Position numbers and translations under genes: made by a program. Shown here in pieces: positions 63,001 through 64,000 of a stretch of 64,000 nucleotides of DNA. The notes under the pieces are model-generated. The model did no database searches. It worked only from the letters and a program-made list of their open reading frames with translations, and had not been told where the DNA came from. Each line of letters begins with the position of its first letter. Position 1 is the first letter of the stretch. The stretch comes from an uncultured virus (IMG/VR IMGVR_UViG_3300009182_000047) (taxonomy: Duplodnaviria > Heunggongvirae > Uroviricota > Caudoviricetes): positions 1 through 64,000 of the IMG/VR virus record IMGVR_UViG_3300009182_000047, one strand, 5' to 3'.

Positions 63001-64000
63001 AACACATGGACTAATATTTTAACGGTGCCGGCAGTTATTGCACCTTATGGCACACATAACCAAGTTAGAAACACTGTGATGACACGGGGTGCTGTTGCCT
63101 CAAGCGCAATAGATCAGTGTTTCAACACAATTACCGTTATCATTAATAACGGTCCAACAGCAGCACCTGCTATGTATAAGTCAGGCTGCCCCGATGCGGC
63201 ATTTGTCAGTGCTGAAATTTTAATGCAGGCAAATCGTAGATTTATTCAAGAAGATACAATCAACTGGATCAACAACACTGTTAAGGCATTCCCTTACAGC
63301 AGAATAAAGTGCAAGAGAGATATTAATATTATTGTTGATTCTATAGCTTACGACTTATTGTATCCTACTGCTAAGAGAAGTCAAAGTACTTTCTCAGCAT
63401 TACAATATTGGTCTCAAGGAAATTACACAGGCATTATTGAAGCTCAACTTGGCCCAACAATTGATGCAATTAAATATCTAAAAGAATTATCAGTTAAAGT
63501 TGTACAAAATATTAAACCTACTGACGACCTAGTTAATAGATATCAGTTTGTTGTTTCTCAAAATACGTCATTAGAATCTGCTAGCTCAGTAGAGGCCGCA
63601 TTAATTGCTGCAAATTTTGATATTATACTTTCCATTGTTAAAGGAAATAGCAAAGGATGGACTGACAAAATAGTTCCTAACGGACCAGAAACTAATTTAT
63701 TAGGTATTAAAAATGCTTTTAATTTATTAGAAGCTAACAAAGCATATATGGCAGCTGAAGTAATTGCATATATCACAGCAGTTCATCCTAATTTTACCGC
63801 ATATAGTACATCTACCTGTGCTCGTGATGTTGGGTTAATTACTGATTCGATTGCATTTGATTTAAAACATGGCGGTAATAGACAAGCAATTCAAGCAGGC
63901 CTAAGTTATTATTCAGTGTCTGGCTCTACAAATACTATACACGGTCAGGAAACACAAACAATTGTTGCCTTTAATAGGATTAAAGATATTGTTGATGGAA
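60037..64000 (+). CDS. Large virion structural protein with beta-helix/pectin-lyase-like start motif and CxRD repeats (3'-truncated, absent from the ORF track)
   Basis: AATAAATA (60014) and GAGGA SD before ATG 60037. Segments translated by hand are open in one frame up to the window end (~1321 codons). Contains LYV..DG.D.NDG.....ACRTI.AA...I.VAPG.Y.E..P and five CxRD repeats. Confidence 0.85.
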   Translation, partial: MATTYFSNTPPGAASSTTNITVENIPNDYFLNAKAKINLKSGADTSITAGGKAEIDANSDVKIISEGGIVAIESSADKITIKAATDVTVTARGKAIVDAPETDILHDSVLGSDVGTDTTEFKSKIKSNILPKGTNYNIGDASNIWKKSFFDEGEYFSENNVGNQYLEYGVNGRPYNPADIYDTAEHRKTGAVYVHGGVGIEKDLNVGGRIYGRIEIANTSFQIVVTATNADIVFHPLFARSTGEQFLFVDIQGIDQGGSAGLTYNPYTGKLGTELLKVVSTSAANSTDGAVRVEGGISVGKNIVTKEITPPDDADVATEIYSVGVNSSQWADAYVHNLYTRVIGSTTGTIEMRPDAGVVDMFSDIRVRGQNPIGTAPVVTNILYVTMDGADTNDGRAMDPSRACRTIGAALKSPYYQSGTQIRVAPGHYLEDNPLQLKPYTSIMGSDLRTCSIEPINKTQDLFHVNSGCYLAFMQFLNGRSGLLEGPYDPQYNRGAYCTSFPPLEGDARIDLFHSPYIQNCTNQNGPWLTDGTMFVPNQTVQIPRVVGTGTWIANTTTLVIHATTGTIAQGDYINAGQQNPGFFEARTLMLANKPFLQEQVVAYVDVTFNTSSFSYNVTKCRRDIGLILDSISTDMLYNDTSDSTFAGLQYWNQTSSAIAGEQTTTTNAINYLKGLAATVALNAGSSSAQTRVNTLFTVITDIITNGTVGVSDSIIANGLPSTDPQYTNAYTALLANKETFKTQVLSWIGSNYPTFVYNTSTCARDVGYIIDSVAFDVLHSGNRQSIKSGVYYYNYSTTSTTIANQIPQTTLAYNFIKSIITNIVTGIPLPTVYQTATTQVIIGQPIASSYEAISLQNKIDIITDIIRHGPSVAVNQTPEYVTLSINEEKVNAFNMLLTNKDFIKAEVIAYLNKNANTFNYSKELCYRDTGILIENVAYDAAFGGNEKSIQSGLAYYDGVISRISGQETQTSAAIDYLSKMVQSIIVNNTWTNILTVPAVIAPYGTHNQVRNTVMTRGAVASSAIDQCFNTITVIINNGPTAAPAMYKSGCPDAAFVSAEILMQANRRFIQEDTINWINNTVKAFPYSRIKCKRDINIIVDSIAYDLLYPTAKRSQSTFSALQYWSQGNYTGIIEAQLGPTIDAIKYLKELSVKVVQNIKPTDDLVNRYQFVVSQNTSLESASSVEAALIAANFDIILSIVKGNSKGWTDKIVPNGPETNLLGIKNAFNLLEANKAYMAAEVIAYITAVHPNFTAYSTSTCARDVGLITDSIAFDLKHGGNRQAIQAGLSYYSVSGSTNTIHGQETQTIVAFNRIKDIVDG

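Noticed and set aside
1..64000. CRISPR array, tRNA genes, transposase, integrase or reverse transcriptase
   Set aside because: No spaced direct repeats, cloverleaf with T-loop consensus, or matching protein motifs were seen.
1..64000. Stop-codon reassignment as seen in some large phages
   Set aside because: Core genes, including a 14-kb ORF, are intact in the standard code with very high coding density.

Overview
A 64 kb segment of a large T4-like (gp23/gp20/gp21/gp55-encoding) myovirus genome, read in the standard genetic code and almost entirely coding. It has four blocks. (1) 1-10.6 kb, mostly + strand: nucleotide/DNA-modification and early genes (glycosyltransferase, cupin, MazG-like, radical SAM, QueE, RNase H-like 5'-3' exonuclease, MoxR ATPase + vWA partner, ThyA) with near-consensus sigma70 promoters. 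(2) 10.6-43 kb, - strand: tail/baseplate operon (three paralogous fibre proteins, subtilisin protease, a 4657-aa virion protein, gp6-, gp25-, gp5-, gp53- and gp48/54-like genes). (3) 43-48.9 kb, + strand: gp55-like late sigma, gp47/gp46, Hc1-like proteins, a GIY-YIG nuclease and a ~500 nt highly structured non-coding region. (4) 48.9-64 kb: tail chaperone pair, tape measure, portal, prohead core/protease/scaffold, major capsid protein and a >1300-aa repeat protein running off the end. The most notable observations are a candidate large structured ncRNA directly behind the GIY-YIG gene, a lambda G/GT-style -1 frameshift joining the gp26-like and gp51-like ORFs, and ~160-aa virion repeats with a phycobiliprotein-like CxRD motif. 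All functional calls are from motif recognition by eye; no searches or folding programs were run.
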